Positions 38,545-48,840 of a DNA stretch of 64,000 nucleotides are shown one piece after another. The DNA lies in the NCBI GenBank assembly GCA_018220935.1, contig JAAOXU010000015.1, positions 2,255 to 66,254 on the forward strand, read 5' to 3'. Numbering within the stretch: the stretch's first letter is position 1; every line of letters starts with the position of its first letter. The notes under the pieces were generated by a model. It did no database searches. It saw only the letters and a program-made list of their open reading frames with translations, and was not told the origin of the DNA. The DNA is from Candidatus Altiarchaeota archaeon (GTDB lineage: Archaea; SpSt-1190). The position numbers and the translations under genes were made by a program.

Positions 38545-39153
38545 TAATTCCATTAATTTTTTTAATGAAACGTTTGGTGGTGCAGCACCTTCCCAACCAA
38601 TCTTATCATTTACAATAGTTTTTGGTACAGACATGACGCCGTGTTTTTGTGCTAATTTTGGGAACTCTGTGGCTTCAACCATGGTACTTATTACTTTAGA
38701 ATTTTCTAATGCAAATTGATGTGCTGTAAACACCGCAGTAGGACAATATGGACAAGTTGGAGTGACAAATACTTTAATGTCAACTTTTTTATCAATCTTT
38801 TTTAATTCTGCCTTGACGTCATCCCCTAACTTGGTTTCTTGACTGTCAATCATTAATATTGTATCCAAAAAATTTCTAAATTCATGTCCACTTGGCAATC
38901 CCATGATTCTTATATTTGGATTTTTTGAAAAAATCAAAGTAGGTGCTTCTGTGACTTCATATTTTTTAGCTTCATCTGAGTTTAAGTCTAACTCACTTAT
39001 TTTTACTTTACTCACTTCTGAAATTTGATTTAAGAGTTCTCTTTCTTGTGGACAATACTCGCAAGTTTTTGAAATAAAAAATAATATCTCGACTTCATTT
39101 TTTAATGTGGATAAAATTTCCTTTACTACTGTCTTATTTTTGTCGTCTAACAC
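38539..39153 (-). CDS. Protein disulfide oxidoreductase (two thioredoxin-fold units; CEYC and CPYC active sites)
   Basis: It has two CxxC motifs in tandem glutaredoxin-like halves, as in archaeal PDO. Confidence 0.75.
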   Translation of the reverse strand: MLDDKNKTVVKEILSTLKNEVEILFFISKTCEYCPQERELLNQISEVSKVKISELDLNSDEAKKYEVTEAPTLIFSKNPNIRIMGLPSGHEFRNFLDTILMIDSQETKLGDDVKAELKKIDKKVDIKVFVTPTCPYCPTAVFTAHQFALENSKVISTMVEATEFPKLAQKHGVMSVPKTIVNDKIGWEGAAPPNVSLKKLMELL

Positions 39154-39201
39154 TAAAGACCAATAGTTAATAATTTATAACACTTACACTGAAATATTTA
39201 T

Positions 39202-39393
39202 ATGAAAGTCAGTGTCAATAAAGATTGTATTGGTTGTGGTGCGTGCGTTGCAATTGCGCCAGGAATCTTTGAAATGAATCAAGAAACTATGAAAAGTGTG
39301 GTCATAAAACAACCAAAAACTGCTGAAGATAAAGATTTGACAAAACAAGCTGTTGAAGCTTGCCCTGTTGATGCTATAAAAATTAAGGAGTAA
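39202..39393 (+). CDS. Ferredoxin (single [4Fe-4S]-type, small)
   Basis: It has the ligand motifs CIGCGAC and CP. Confidence 0.7.
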   Translation: MKVSVNKDCIGCGACVAIAPGIFEMNQETMKSVVIKQPKTAEDKDLTKQAVEACPVDAIKIKE

Positions 39394-39422
39394 GTTTTTA
39401 TCTTACTCTTTCTATTCTTAAT

Positions 39423-40199
39423 ATGCCTTACTTTAAGTTTGGTGGTTCAAAGCTCCACTACACTGTTATGGGGAAAGGTAAACCCGTTCTTATGATTCAT
39501 GGTATGCTTGAGAGTTCAAAAAACATAGAACCCTTTGCAAAAAAACTAAAAAATAAAGGTTTTAAGTGTATTTTAGTTGATCTCCCTTTTCATGGTAAAA
39601 CTAAAGGAATCATCTTTTCAATTGATGGTATTGTTGCTTCCTTAAAGTCTCTAATGACATTTTTAAAAATTAAAGAATACCAATGTTTTGGTTTTTCACT
39701 TGGTGCTGCAATTTGTTCTATATTAATTAGGAGAGATTCTAGGATAAAAAGCATGGCTGTAATTTCCCCTGTAATTTCTGATTTTAGGCCACTTGAGCGA
39801 GTGTTGTTAGTACTTCTTAAGTCAACTTTGAAATTAAAGCTAAAATATAAATTAATTCTTGAAGAGATGGCACTTGACCTGTTAAGGCCCGGAGCATCAC
39901 AAAGTGAGGTTGATTTTTTCTACAATAGTACTCAAACGTCAAAGCCCCTGTCCCTCTTAACTGATGCTATAATGGCAGCCCAAATTAATACCGGTCTAAA
40001 TTTACTATATACTAATAAGCCCCTTTTTGTAGTTTTAGGGAAGTACGATAAACTTTCCCCTCCAAACTTAATGAAAAATAAATTATCTGGTTTGGCTAAA
40101 ATTTTAATTGTTAAAAAAGGTCACTCTGATATTTTTCCTGAAGACTTAATGGAAGGTAAAAAATATCTCTTGAGTGAATTTTTCAAATCAACTTTTTAA
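39423..40199 (+). CDS. Alpha/beta-fold hydrolase
   Basis: It has an HGM oxyanion region and a GFSLG nucleophile elbow. Confidence 0.65.
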   Translation: MPYFKFGGSKLHYTVMGKGKPVLMIHGMLESSKNIEPFAKKLKNKGFKCILVDLPFHGKTKGIIFSIDGIVASLKSLMTFLKIKEYQCFGFSLGAAICSILIRRDSRIKSMAVISPVISDFRPLERVLLVLLKSTLKLKLKYKLILEEMALDLLRPGASQSEVDFFYNSTQTSKPLSLLTDAIMAAQINTGLNLLYTNKPLFVVLGKYDKLSPPNLMKNKLSGLAKILIVKKGHSDIFPEDLMEGKKYLLSEFFKSTF

Positions 40200-40737
40200 G
40201 TGCATTGACAAACATTTCAGTGCGGTGTGGGTTTCTAAGTACTGCGGCTGGATGAATCACGGGTAGTATTCTTAATTCCCCAAAAATTGTTGAGACTTTT
40301 TTTATGATTCCATTTTCTTTCATCATGGCAGTCCAGGGGACTCCGTATTTTTTAAATATAAATTCACCAGATGTGGCACCTAATGGTACGATATACTTAG
40401 GTGTTAAAACATCAATTTGAAGATTTAGATATGGTGTACACGCTGTGGTTTCTTCCCTGGTTGGTCTTCTATTGTCTGGTGGTCTACACTTTGCAATATT
40501 AGTAATAAATACGTCTTCTCTATTGATTTTAAGTTCGTTTAGTGTTTTAGTTAATAGTTTACCTGCTCTCCCAACAAAAGGAATACCCTCTTGATCTTCA
40601 TAATATCCTGGTGCTTCTCCAATAAAAACCACTTTTGAATTTGGATTCCCTGTCCCTGGGACGGCTCTAGTTCGCTCCTTGCTCAATATGCATTTTTCAC
40701 AAACTTTGATTTGATTTGAAATATCTTCTAAATTCAC
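40183..40737 (-). CDS. udg: Uracil-DNA glycosylase, family 4
   Basis: It has the GEAPGYYEDQEGIPFVGRAGKLL motif. Confidence 0.85.
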   Translation of the reverse strand: MNLEDISNQIKVCEKCILSKERTRAVPGTGNPNSKVVFIGEAPGYYEDQEGIPFVGRAGKLLTKTLNELKINREDVFITNIAKCRPPDNRRPTREETTACTPYLNLQIDVLTPKYIVPLGATSGEFIFKKYGVPWTAMMKENGIIKKVSTIFGELRILPVIHPAAVLRNPHRTEMFVNALKKLI

Positions 40738-40821
40738 AAATCCATAATGGGTGGCAGATTATAGCTTTTGACATTGGCAAGTAAGCACCAACGTATTAAA
40801 ACTGGGTTGCCTTGATTTCTT

Positions 40822-41124
40822 GTGAGAGTACTAAGTTATGATGGTGGGACTGCAGTTGTTGAAGTATATCTTGCACCTGGACTTTTTTCTAGAAACGTAG
40901 TTCAGCAAATTATTGAGAAATTTGAAGTAATGTTGGCTGAACAAACAACCTCAAATGCGTTTTTGAAAAGAGTTAGTAGAAAAAGAGATTTCTATGCTAT
41001 AATTGCAATTGAAAGCGATGACTTTAGAATTGTAACACAAGTAGCCTCCTCAATTGAAAAAAAGACTAGAAAAGTTTCGCTAAAAGTAAAAAATTCAATT
41101 TACTCTGCTTTAAACCTACTATAA
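40822..41124 (+). CDS. Hypothetical protein
   Basis: This is an ORF with no recognised domain. Confidence 0.4.
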   Translation: MRVLSYDGGTAVVEVYLAPGLFSRNVVQQIIEKFEVMLAEQTTSNAFLKRVSRKRDFYAIIAIESDDFRIVTQVASSIEKKTRKVSLKVKNSIYSALNLL

Positions 41125-41688
41125 AACTTTTGGTAAGAGTAAACTTGTAAAAAACAGAACGCCCCAAATTATAGGATTCCACTTTATTACTTTTGAACCA
41201 TCAAGTGGGGGGATTGGTAATAAATTAAACATTGCAAGTTGTAAATTAACATACGTTCCAATTGCAAGAATTGGAATTACTAAGCTGCTTAAGAAAAATA
41301 TGCCTGCAAGTACTATATTTGAGATAGGTCCAACTACTGCGACTAATCCTTGATCTTCTGGTGTTGCGTTACGTTTTGCCCAATATGTGGCACCTGGTGC
41401 AATAAACAAGGGACCTCCAACTACCCTCATGAGTAAAGCAAACAATAAACCTTGTCTCCACATTCTAAATTCACTCCACGCACCCCTAGCTTTTGCCATA
41501 AATTTATGTGCACTTTCATGAATTGCAAAACCGAGACCTATGAAGAAAAAGTAAAGTAAAAAGGCAACCCACCAATCTGGACTCCTCAAATAAGGATATA
41601 CGAATATGAATGTTATGGCTAAAGCAGAAATTAAAAGCTCTTTTAGCTCAATTACACTAAACCCAAATACTTCGTTTTTCGAATACAC
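41119..41688 (-). CDS. Membrane zinc metalloprotease (site-2 protease/M50-like, short)
   Basis: It has an HESAH (HExxH) motif within a TM helix and multiple TM segments. Confidence 0.6.
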   Translation of the reverse strand: MYSKNEVFGFSVIELKELLISALAITFIFVYPYLRSPDWWVAFLLYFFFIGLGFAIHESAHKFMAKARGAWSEFRMWRQGLLFALLMRVVGGPLFIAPGATYWAKRNATPEDQGLVAVVGPISNIVLAGIFFLSSLVIPILAIGTYVNLQLAMFNLLPIPPLDGSKVIKWNPIIWGVLFFTSLLLPKVL

Positions 41689-41721
41689 TAAAAAATAAAT
41701 ACACGTGGGTTTTAATCTTTT

Positions 41722-42180
41722 ATGAATATTAAGTGGATATCTGGCGTGGAATATGCAGACTTACTCATAAAAAACGTATTTGGTATTGTGGTAGTTATAC
41801 CTACTGAGAATGAAGACGAATACACTAGAAAAATGATCAAGTCATTTAGTAAAGTAAAAACACATCTTCAGCAAAATTACGAGATTCATTTTGAATTAAG
41901 TCTTGAAGGTAAGTCTGATGAGTACCATCTTCCGACTTACTTCATAAAGGAAAAGGACTATTTGGATCATGCTGAGAATGAGTTTGCTGGTTTGGTTCGT
42001 GTGACAACTATTGGTGATTTTGATCAACATCCTTTAATTTCAAAGCGACTAAAAGAAGGTGCTAAAGGCGCACAAGTCTTTGATGAACACGGTAGGGAAT
42101 TAATTGGTAGTCTAATTATGCAAGTCTGGAACGCTAAGATCTCAGGAAATCAATCCTCACTAGAAATGACAGAAAGCTAA
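41722..42180 (+). CDS. Hypothetical protein
   Basis: This is an ORF with no recognised domain. Confidence 0.4.
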   Translation: MNIKWISGVEYADLLIKNVFGIVVVIPTENEDEYTRKMIKSFSKVKTHLQQNYEIHFELSLEGKSDEYHLPTYFIKEKDYLDHAENEFAGLVRVTTIGDFDQHPLISKRLKEGAKGAQVFDEHGRELIGSLIMQVWNAKISGNQSSLEMTES

Positions 42181-42187
42181 GTTGTAC

Positions 42188-43267
42188 CTATGGTAAAAAT
42201 TCCTTATTTTCAATTTTTTCAGGTAAATATGTCTCACTTACGAACTTCAGATGTTTTTGTGCGAGAGCTTCCTGTTCTGCTTTGACCCTCTTTTTTATCA
42301 TCAGTTTGATTTCTTTTTCCCATTCTTTATGTTTAAACCAAGGATACTTTAGGAGGTCGTGTGCACGTTTGATGTCAACATCCTTTGCTCTAATTATGGC
42401 GTTCTCTAGTTCATAAGTGTAAATATCACTAATAGTTAGACCTAAAAATTTAGTGTCTGGTGTACCTAATTTACTTGATACGTGCGCTAAATTCATACTT
42501 CCAATTTTAATAACGCTGTAAATATACCACCCATATGGATCACTATCTGTAAACGCATATACGGGTATTTTGAATTTCTTGTTTAATTGGTGAATAAGTC
42601 GTCTGATACCTCTTGCAGCCTGACCTTGTGTACCAATTAACACACAATTATGCTTATTCCAAAATTTATCTTCATGCAATCTGTCAAATGTAGCATTTTT
42701 TTCTACAACTAGCATATAATCTGCATTCAAGTCTTTAAATTTGATATCTTCAACATTTCCTGGAATGGCCCATCCACCACTACCAAGTTTACTCCAATTA
42801 ATTTCATCACCCCTGTCTTCAATAATTACGTGTCCAGCGGCAACACCACGTCTATCTGCGTTTATGTGTAATTCATCTCTTAAGATGTCTAATGCTACTT
42901 CTAAATCTACAAAGGTTGCGTCACTCTCTCCTTGCTCTTCAAAAGTATTCTCTTTACTGCCTTTAATTGTGTGTTTTAGACTGTAAAATGACTCCCTTAA
43001 ACTTGCATGAACGTCTTCAGATAAAAGTTGTTTTGAGAATGATGCTACTAAAAGAGTTTGCATAAATTTTCTTGCGTGTGCAACATTAATGAAAAATCTC
43101 TTTGATTCTTTGTCTCCTAAACTAAGTAGACCTTTATCCTGATCCCAAATAACATTACTGCTGCCCCTAACTGGTATTTTGATGAAGGGATTCTCGCCTT
43201 TACTAACATTAGCTAATATTTCATCACTAAGTTCAGTGATTCTCCGCTGTGCTTCTTTCCTTTCCAC
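42188..43267 (-). CDS. top6A: DNA topoisomerase VI subunit A (Spo11 homolog)
   Basis: It has the Toprim region MLVVEKNATFDRL...GTQGQAARGIRRL...FTDSDPYGWYIY. Subunit B is not in the window. Confidence 0.8.
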   Translation of the reverse strand: MERKEAQRRITELSDEILANVSKGENPFIKIPVRGSSNVIWDQDKGLLSLGDKESKRFFINVAHARKFMQTLLVASFSKQLLSEDVHASLRESFYSLKHTIKGSKENTFEEQGESDATFVDLEVALDILRDELHINADRRGVAAGHVIIEDRGDEINWSKLGSGGWAIPGNVEDIKFKDLNADYMLVVEKNATFDRLHEDKFWNKHNCVLIGTQGQAARGIRRLIHQLNKKFKIPVYAFTDSDPYGWYIYSVIKIGSMNLAHVSSKLGTPDTKFLGLTISDIYTYELENAIIRAKDVDIKRAHDLLKYPWFKHKEWEKEIKLMIKKRVKAEQEALAQKHLKFVSETYLPEKIENKEFLP

Positions 43268-43325
43268 TCAATTGTATTTTTCCGGCTTTTAAAAAACTAT
43301 TTTAGTTGCTACATCTAATACACAT

Positions 43326-43919
43326 ATGAATCTTTCAGAGTCCTTAGAACTAGTCTCAAAGTACGGTATACGGACGTCTGGTAAGGTTGTTAGTCTTGAC
43401 CAAGCACTAGAAATTAAGCGACCAATTGTCCTTAAGGCAGATACATCTGAGCATAAATTAGACAAAGGTCTGGTTTTTGTTGGATTAAAAACTGATGCTG
43501 AAATAAAACACGCATATGAAAAAATTAAGAATGCTGGTGTTACGGGGAGAAAATATCAAGTATTTGCCCAACCCATGATTAAGGGATTTGAATTTATGGC
43601 AGGTGCCATAGTTGATGATGTCTTTGGTGAAGTTTTAATGGTGGGATTTGGTGGTAGTTTTTCGGAGCTTTTCCGTGATACATCATTTAGGGCCGTACCT
43701 ATTACAAAAGAAGATGCACATGAGATGATTGATGAACTCATCTCTTCAAAAGTTTTTAGTGGTTTTAGGGGTAAAACATATAGTAAAAATGCACTAGTTG
43801 ACGTATTATTGGGTTTATCAAAAATGACTCAAAAACTTCAGTTCAAAGAGATTGATTTAAATCCCATCATGGTTGATGCTAGTAAGGCGATTGCTGTGGA
43901 TGCGAGAGTGATAAAATGA
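43326..43919 (+). CDS. Acetate--CoA ligase (ADP-forming) beta subunit-like ATP-grasp protein
   Basis: It aligns well along its whole length to the ACD beta subunit (KYGI..., VLKADT..HK.D.GLV, MVGFGGSFSELFRDTSFRAVPIT, IDLNPIMVD..AIAVDARVI). No alpha subunit is adjacent. Confidence 0.65.
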   Translation: MNLSESLELVSKYGIRTSGKVVSLDQALEIKRPIVLKADTSEHKLDKGLVFVGLKTDAEIKHAYEKIKNAGVTGRKYQVFAQPMIKGFEFMAGAIVDDVFGEVLMVGFGGSFSELFRDTSFRAVPITKEDAHEMIDELISSKVFSGFRGKTYSKNALVDVLLGLSKMTQKLQFKEIDLNPIMVDASKAIAVDARVIK

Positions 43920-44515
43920 TTGTGGTGTTTGATCTTGATGGTACTTTAGTTGATGCATCCGAACTTCATGCTACTATTTTGTCTGAAATTCTTGAGAAAA
44001 AAATTGATCCAAAAATAATTTATAATTCAAGTTCACTTCATTTTTTGGTTATGGAAAATACACCCCGTGATAAATGGGCATCCATTAAGGATGTCACACG
44101 TCAACATGAGGCTAAGATGCTTGAGAATGTAAATCTCGTAAAGCCAATGCCTGGTGTATATGAAGTCTTGACTGAAATTAAATACAAAAAAGCACTCTTT
44201 ACTTCGGCAAGTAAGCGTCTTACAACTGCCATATTAAAAGAACTAAATTTGAATGGTTATTTTGATATTATTATCACTCAAACTGATGTAGTTAGATCCA
44301 AGCCAGATTCTGAAGGTCTCTATATCATTGAATCTAAGTTAAATGATGATGAATTGATTGTTATTGGTAATAGTGGGAAAGATATGCTTGCTGCAAAAAA
44401 AATTGGGGCAATTTCCATACTATTTTCTAAAGAGAAAAAAAGGGCTAATGTGGCGGATTATACGGTTTCTAGCCTCAAAGAACTACCCTATTTAGTAAAG
44501 AGTCTCAAAAAATAG
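43916..44515 (+). CDS. HAD-superfamily hydrolase
   Basis: It has motif I VVFDLDGTLVD and overlaps the previous gene (ATGA). Confidence 0.75.
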   Translation: MIVVFDLDGTLVDASELHATILSEILEKKIDPKIIYNSSSLHFLVMENTPRDKWASIKDVTRQHEAKMLENVNLVKPMPGVYEVLTEIKYKKALFTSASKRLTTAILKELNLNGYFDIIITQTDVVRSKPDSEGLYIIESKLNDDELIVIGNSGKDMLAAKKIGAISILFSKEKKRANVADYTVSSLKELPYLVKSLKK

Positions 44516-44549
44516 TAGTGTTTTTAAAGATTAGTTTTAGATTCAAGTA

Positions 44550-45104
44550 ATGAGCTATCTAAAGCACGTTGGTAAATCCTTAAAGTCAACATCAAAGATG
44601 CGATTAATTGAGTGGAGAACTCAAACTTCTATGGTGAAACTTGATAAGCCAACTAAAGTTGACAGAGCACGCGGTGCCGGGTATAAGGCAAAGCAAGGTT
44701 TTGTGGTAGTTCGTATGAGGGTTTTACGGGGTGGGAGAACCCGAAAAAGGTTTAAGCACGGTAGAAAGCCAAGTAAAATGGGTATGCTGAGGTATTATCC
44801 AAAAAAGAGTCTTCAGTGGATTGCTGAAGAAAAAGTTGCAAGAAAATATACTAATCTAGAAGTTCTAAACAGTTATTGGGCTGGGGAAGACGGAGTTTAT
44901 ACTTGGTATGAGGTGATTTTAGTTGATCCAGCACATCCTGTAATTATAAAAGACAAAACCACTAAGTGGATTTCAATGAAACAAAACACTAAGCGGGTGT
45001 TTAGGGGTCTAACTTCTGCGGGAAAAAAGAGTAGAGGTGTGGCAAAGAAAGGTCACAAAAAAGCACACCCAAGTAATGCTGCACGTGGCAATAAAGCTAA
45101 GTGA
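44550..45104 (+). CDS. rpl15e: 50S ribosomal protein L15e
   Basis: It has the [24 protein letters not shown] and [26 protein letters not shown] signatures. Confidence 0.85.
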   Translation: MSYLKHVGKSLKSTSKMRLIEWRTQTSMVKLDKPTKVDRARGAGYKAKQGFVVVRMRVLRGGRTRKRFKHGRKPSKMGMLRYYPKKSLQWIAEEKVARKYTNLEVLNSYWAGEDGVYTWYEVILVDPAHPVIIKDKTTKWISMKQNTKRVFRGLTSAGKKSRGVAKKGHKKAHPSNAARGNKAK

Positions 45105-45155
45105 TCCTTTAGTGTTTTTTGGAAAGTTTAAATCATAAAACATCCTATATTTATT

Positions 45156-45755
45156 ATGAAAATCGATTTTCACGTACACACAAGTTATGGTGAAGGAAAA
45201 AATACTCCTGCTGAAATGGCAGCAGTTGCTAAGAAAAAAGGGCTTGATGCCATTGCAATTACTGATAATTTAACTCTTGAAGGTTGGAAAAATTTTACTC
45301 CGACTGATTTTATCATTATTCCTGGGTTGCGTATTCAAACAGATAAGGGTGGTGTTTTAGTATATGGTATTGGTGAACTTCCTTCTTCAAACGAGTTAGA
45401 TGCAATAATTGACTGGGCAAAAGATTTTGGATACTTAGTAATTCCAACACAGTTTGATGATAGATTAGGTATGGGGGAACTTGCACTAAAATCTTTTGAT
45501 GTAGTTGAAGGTATTAATGGTAGTGTTAAGCGTTCAATAAATGAAGCGTCTGTAAAAAAATGTATGGCTGCGGGAAAAAACTACCTGTGTAATAGTGGTG
45601 CTAAATCTGTCTCAACCCTTGGGGATTTTTATACGAATGTTGATTCAAATCCAAATGTTCGTGATATTTTAGAATCAATAAAAAAAGGTAAATTTTCACC
45701 CAGACTTAAATTACCTAGTCTCTCTGATAATTTACGTTCTAAATTCCGTCTATAA
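45156..45755 (+). CDS. PHP-domain metal-dependent phosphoesterase (occupies the position usually held by RNase P Rpp30, next to rpl15e)
   Basis: It has the FHVHTSYG HxH motif at the N-terminus. Confidence 0.6.
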   Translation: MKIDFHVHTSYGEGKNTPAEMAAVAKKKGLDAIAITDNLTLEGWKNFTPTDFIIIPGLRIQTDKGGVLVYGIGELPSSNELDAIIDWAKDFGYLVIPTQFDDRLGMGELALKSFDVVEGINGSVKRSINEASVKKCMAAGKNYLCNSGAKSVSTLGDFYTNVDSNPNVRDILESIKKGKFSPRLKLPSLSDNLRSKFRL

Positions 45756-46293
45756 ATCTGTGTGATTGTATTAAAATTGGTACTGCGCGAATTAGATTTA
45801 TTGCTAAAGCAAGATACGCTAAATATAATCCGCCCATAAATCCATATGAGAGTGCGGTAAAAGTTAATAATTTTGCTCCTGCTGAAGCCGCTCTACCGTA
45901 GTTTGAAGTAGTGATAAAACCCATTAGTCCTTGATTTGTAAAACTTAGTCTTGTGAAGCCTTTAGATCTCACAAAACCAACAAGACCATCGACTAACACA
46001 CCTCTTGATACAAAAATTGCAGGTATCCAAAATGGGATTAATCCAATAGACGAAAAATAAACAAAATAAACCATTTCAACAACGCGGTCTCCAACCACGT
46101 CAAGTACGTCCCCTATTGGTGTTTTCATATTAAATTTTCTGGCAATTACACCATCAAGTCTATCAGTTACTACGATTATAAAAAATGGAACTATTACGCT
46201 GATTTTTGGATCAATAAGACTAAAATACATAAGAAATACATGAACATTTACTAATACAATACGTGAGAGACTTAAAAAATTAGGAATATTCAT
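45739..46293 (-). CDS. CDP-alcohol phosphatidyltransferase
   Basis: It has the DRLDGVIARK...GDVLDVVGD motif (D-G-x2-A-R...G-x3-D-x3-D). Confidence 0.8.
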   Translation of the reverse strand: MNIPNFLSLSRIVLVNVHVFLMYFSLIDPKISVIVPFFIIVVTDRLDGVIARKFNMKTPIGDVLDVVGDRVVEMVYFVYFSSIGLIPFWIPAIFVSRGVLVDGLVGFVRSKGFTRLSFTNQGLMGFITTSNYGRAASAGAKLLTFTALSYGFMGGLYLAYLALAINLIRAVPILIQSHRFIDGI

Positions 46294-46341
46294 AAAATCC
46301 CTTATGCCTAGTTCTTTAAAATACTAACAAGTGGGTATGGT

Positions 46342-46845
46342 GTGATAACTGTAATGCGATATGGTCATCGTGTGGGGCGCGATAAAAGAACTACAACTCA
46401 TGTTGGTCTAGTTGCAAGGGCCTTTGGTGCTGATGAATTTATTCTAGTTGGAAATGATAAAAGTCCAATAAAAACAATTAAAAGTGTAACAAAAAACTGG
46501 GGTGGGAGTTTCAAATGTTCTTTAATAAAAAATTGGAGAAAATATCTTAAAGATTTCAAAGGACTAAAACTACACCTTACAATGTATGGTGAGCCATACA
46601 AATCAGTAATTTCAAAAATTAAAACAAATCAAAATATTTTGATTTTTGTTGGTGCAGAAAAAGTTCCAATTGATGTTTACAAAACGTGTGACTTTAATAT
46701 TGCTGTTATAAGTCAACCTCACAGTGAAATTGGGGCTTTAGCAGTCTTTTTAGAAAACTTAAAAATTGATACTTCAAAAAAATTTAAAGACGCTAAATTA
46801 AAAATTGAACCAGAAAGGGAAGGGAAGTCGGTAATTAAATTATAG
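46342..46845 (+). CDS. trm56: tRNA (cytidine56-2'-O)-methyltransferase aTrm56 (SPOUT)
   Basis: It has the N-terminal VMRYGHRVGRDKRTTTHVGLVARAFGAD motif. Confidence 0.75.
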   Translation: MITVMRYGHRVGRDKRTTTHVGLVARAFGADEFILVGNDKSPIKTIKSVTKNWGGSFKCSLIKNWRKYLKDFKGLKLHLTMYGEPYKSVISKIKTNQNILIFVGAEKVPIDVYKTCDFNIAVISQPHSEIGALAVFLENLKIDTSKKFKDAKLKIEPEREGKSVIKL

Positions 46846-46865
46846 TTAAACTATATTAGTTTGTA

Positions 46866-47438
46866 GTGATTGTGAGTATTGTGTTTATTGATGTATATTC
46901 TGGGTTTGAATCGAGTGAGAAACTCCTAGCCTCAAAGAAGCTTGATATAAAAATAGCACCGGGGGATTATTCACTTCTTATTTCAAAAAACAAATCTGAA
47001 ATACGCAAAAAAAGAAGTACTACTAATTTTGTGTCTGCTAAACCAAAAACAAAACAAGAAATGAATAAGCTTCTTACTGATACTTTCTATGATTTTCTAA
47101 TTATTGAAGGTTTTAATTTAGGGAAACGAAATGTTCGAATGGCAAAGCGATATGAGACACCTCTTGCAATACCTATATCTTCTGCGTTTTCACTAAAACA
47201 ATCAGATCTAAATCGTTTAAGAAAAAACTTTTCAATGGTTCTAAATGGGGGTGTAGCTTTTTTAATTTGTTCTGGTGCTAAGTTACCTGAAGAGCTCAGA
47301 GGTGGTTTTGAATTAGCATCAATTGGAATATTTTTTGGGGTACCCCATGATTTATCAATAAACTCAATAAAAAAAATTCCACAAGAGATTTTGAGTAGAA
47401 ATGAAAAGAGATTAACATCAGAGGTCTGGAAAAAATGA
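46866..47438 (+). CDS. Hypothetical protein
   Basis: This is an ORF with no recognised domain. Confidence 0.4.
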   Translation: MIVSIVFIDVYSGFESSEKLLASKKLDIKIAPGDYSLLISKNKSEIRKKRSTTNFVSAKPKTKQEMNKLLTDTFYDFLIIEGFNLGKRNVRMAKRYETPLAIPISSAFSLKQSDLNRLRKNFSMVLNGGVAFLICSGAKLPEELRGGFELASIGIFFGVPHDLSINSIKKIPQEILSRNEKRLTSEVWKK

Positions 47439-47680
47439 GATATTTTAAAATTAATTGGTTAGGGGAGCATCCTAGTGATTCTGAAATTCAAGTTCATTTG
47501 AAAAAAACTCTAGGGTCGTTAGGTATTACTCTTGGGGGTGTGAGAGTAAATCAAGGCATAGTATCGTCTAATAATAGTTGGTCTGAAAAATTACGTGGAG
47601 CACTAGCTCTAAAGTGGCAATTCACCGCTAAAGTGTCTAGTACTAAAAAAGGACTAAAGTCTATTAACATCAAGTCTTAG
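47435..47680 (+). CDS. Small hypothetical protein (overlaps the 3' end of the convergent helicase gene)
   Basis: It overlaps the upstream ORF by ATGA. It is weakly protein-like. Confidence 0.3.
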   Translation: MRYFKINWLGEHPSDSEIQVHLKKTLGSLGITLGGVRVNQGIVSSNNSWSEKLRGALALKWQFTAKVSSTKKGLKSINIKS

Positions 47681-48685
47681 TTCTCTAATTATTTTTCGTA
47701 ATGTATCGTGATCATCTCGTCTAATTATGTTAACAATTTTACCTTCTTTTCCGGCACGTCCAGTTCTACCAGATCTGTGAATATAAGTTGAACTGTCTTT
47801 TGGGAGATCAAAGTTTATTACAACTTCAACTGCAGGTACGTCAATTCCTCTGGCAGCAACATCAGTTGCAACTAGATACCTTGCACCTTCTCTAAATTTC
47901 TTTAGACTTTTCTCCCTTGCATTTTGAGTCAGATTTCCGTGAAGGGATGGTATTTTTAGAATGTCTGCAATTCTATGAGTCATACCCTTAGTACTACAAA
48001 ATATTAGTGCCTTTTCATGCGTTAAAATTTCTCTTAGTTTAGAAATTTTTTGATGTGTCTCCACGTAATAATGTTTAATCTTTTGTGGCATCTCATCTCC
48101 AACTTCAATAATTTTGAAATTTCGTCCTTTCATAAGGCCCGTAATCTTTGAACTAAGTGTAGCTGAAAATAACCACACCTTTCTGGGTGGAACACTATTC
48201 ATAATTTTTCTAACATCTGGTAAAAAACCCATGTCAAGCATCTTATCTGCTTCATCTAGTACTAAAAATTCAGGTTCACCTCTTAGTGTACCTCTCTCAA
48301 TATGATCTAAAATTCGTCCAGGGGTACCAATAACAAGGTCTGCATGTCTTAATGCTTGAAACTGTCTATCATATTTAACTCCACCATAAATTAATGCAGT
48401 ATTACACTCTATAAATTTTCTAATTTCTCTGTTTACTTGTACTGCTAATTCTCGTGTAGGTGTTAAAATCATAGCTTGAATTTTCCCTTTCTTTTCAATT
48501 AATTGAGCAAGTGGTACACCAAATGCGAGTGTTTTACCACTCCCAGTTTTTGCACGAACTGCTAAATCTTTTCGTCCTACTGCATGAGGAATCACTTTCT
48601 CTTGAACCTCAAATGCCTCCTTAAATCCTAAACTCTCCAATTTTTTGGAGAGCGCCATACTTACGCCTAATTTTTTGAAACTCAT
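47654..48685 (-). CDS. DEAD-box ATP-dependent RNA helicase (core only)
   Basis: It has the motifs AKTGSGKT, PTRELA, DEAD, SAT and HRSGRTGRAG. Confidence 0.85.
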   Translation of the reverse strand: MSFKKLGVSMALSKKLESLGFKEAFEVQEKVIPHAVGRKDLAVRAKTGSGKTLAFGVPLAQLIEKKGKIQAMILTPTRELAVQVNREIRKFIECNTALIYGGVKYDRQFQALRHADLVIGTPGRILDHIERGTLRGEPEFLVLDEADKMLDMGFLPDVRKIMNSVPPRKVWLFSATLSSKITGLMKGRNFKIIEVGDEMPQKIKHYYVETHQKISKLREILTHEKALIFCSTKGMTHRIADILKIPSLHGNLTQNAREKSLKKFREGARYLVATDVAARGIDVPAVEVVINFDLPKDSSTYIHRSGRTGRAGKEGKIVNIIRRDDHDTLRKIIRELRLDVNRL

Positions 48686-48699
48686 TTATTTCACCTTTA

Positions 48700-48840
48700 T
48701 CCCGTGCAACGGGATTTGTTTCCCACAGAGTGGGATTTTCAGAAAAAACCATTACTAATTCGGCCGTCCAATCGGATAAGCCGTATTGTACATATCCTGT
48801 GATACAGGATGTCTTTTCTTAGCATCCTGAAGTGTTTTTT
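48700..48840 (+). other. Structured intergenic element: three hairpin plus U-tract modules on the + strand (candidate ncRNA or attenuator)
   Basis: The hairpins are TCCCG-TGCAA-CGGGA plus TTT (48700-48717), TCCCAC-AGA-GTGGGA plus TTTT (48721-48739) and ATCCTGT-gat-ACAGGATG alternating with CAGGATG-N11-CATCCTG plus T6 (48794-48840). Confidence 0.4.
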
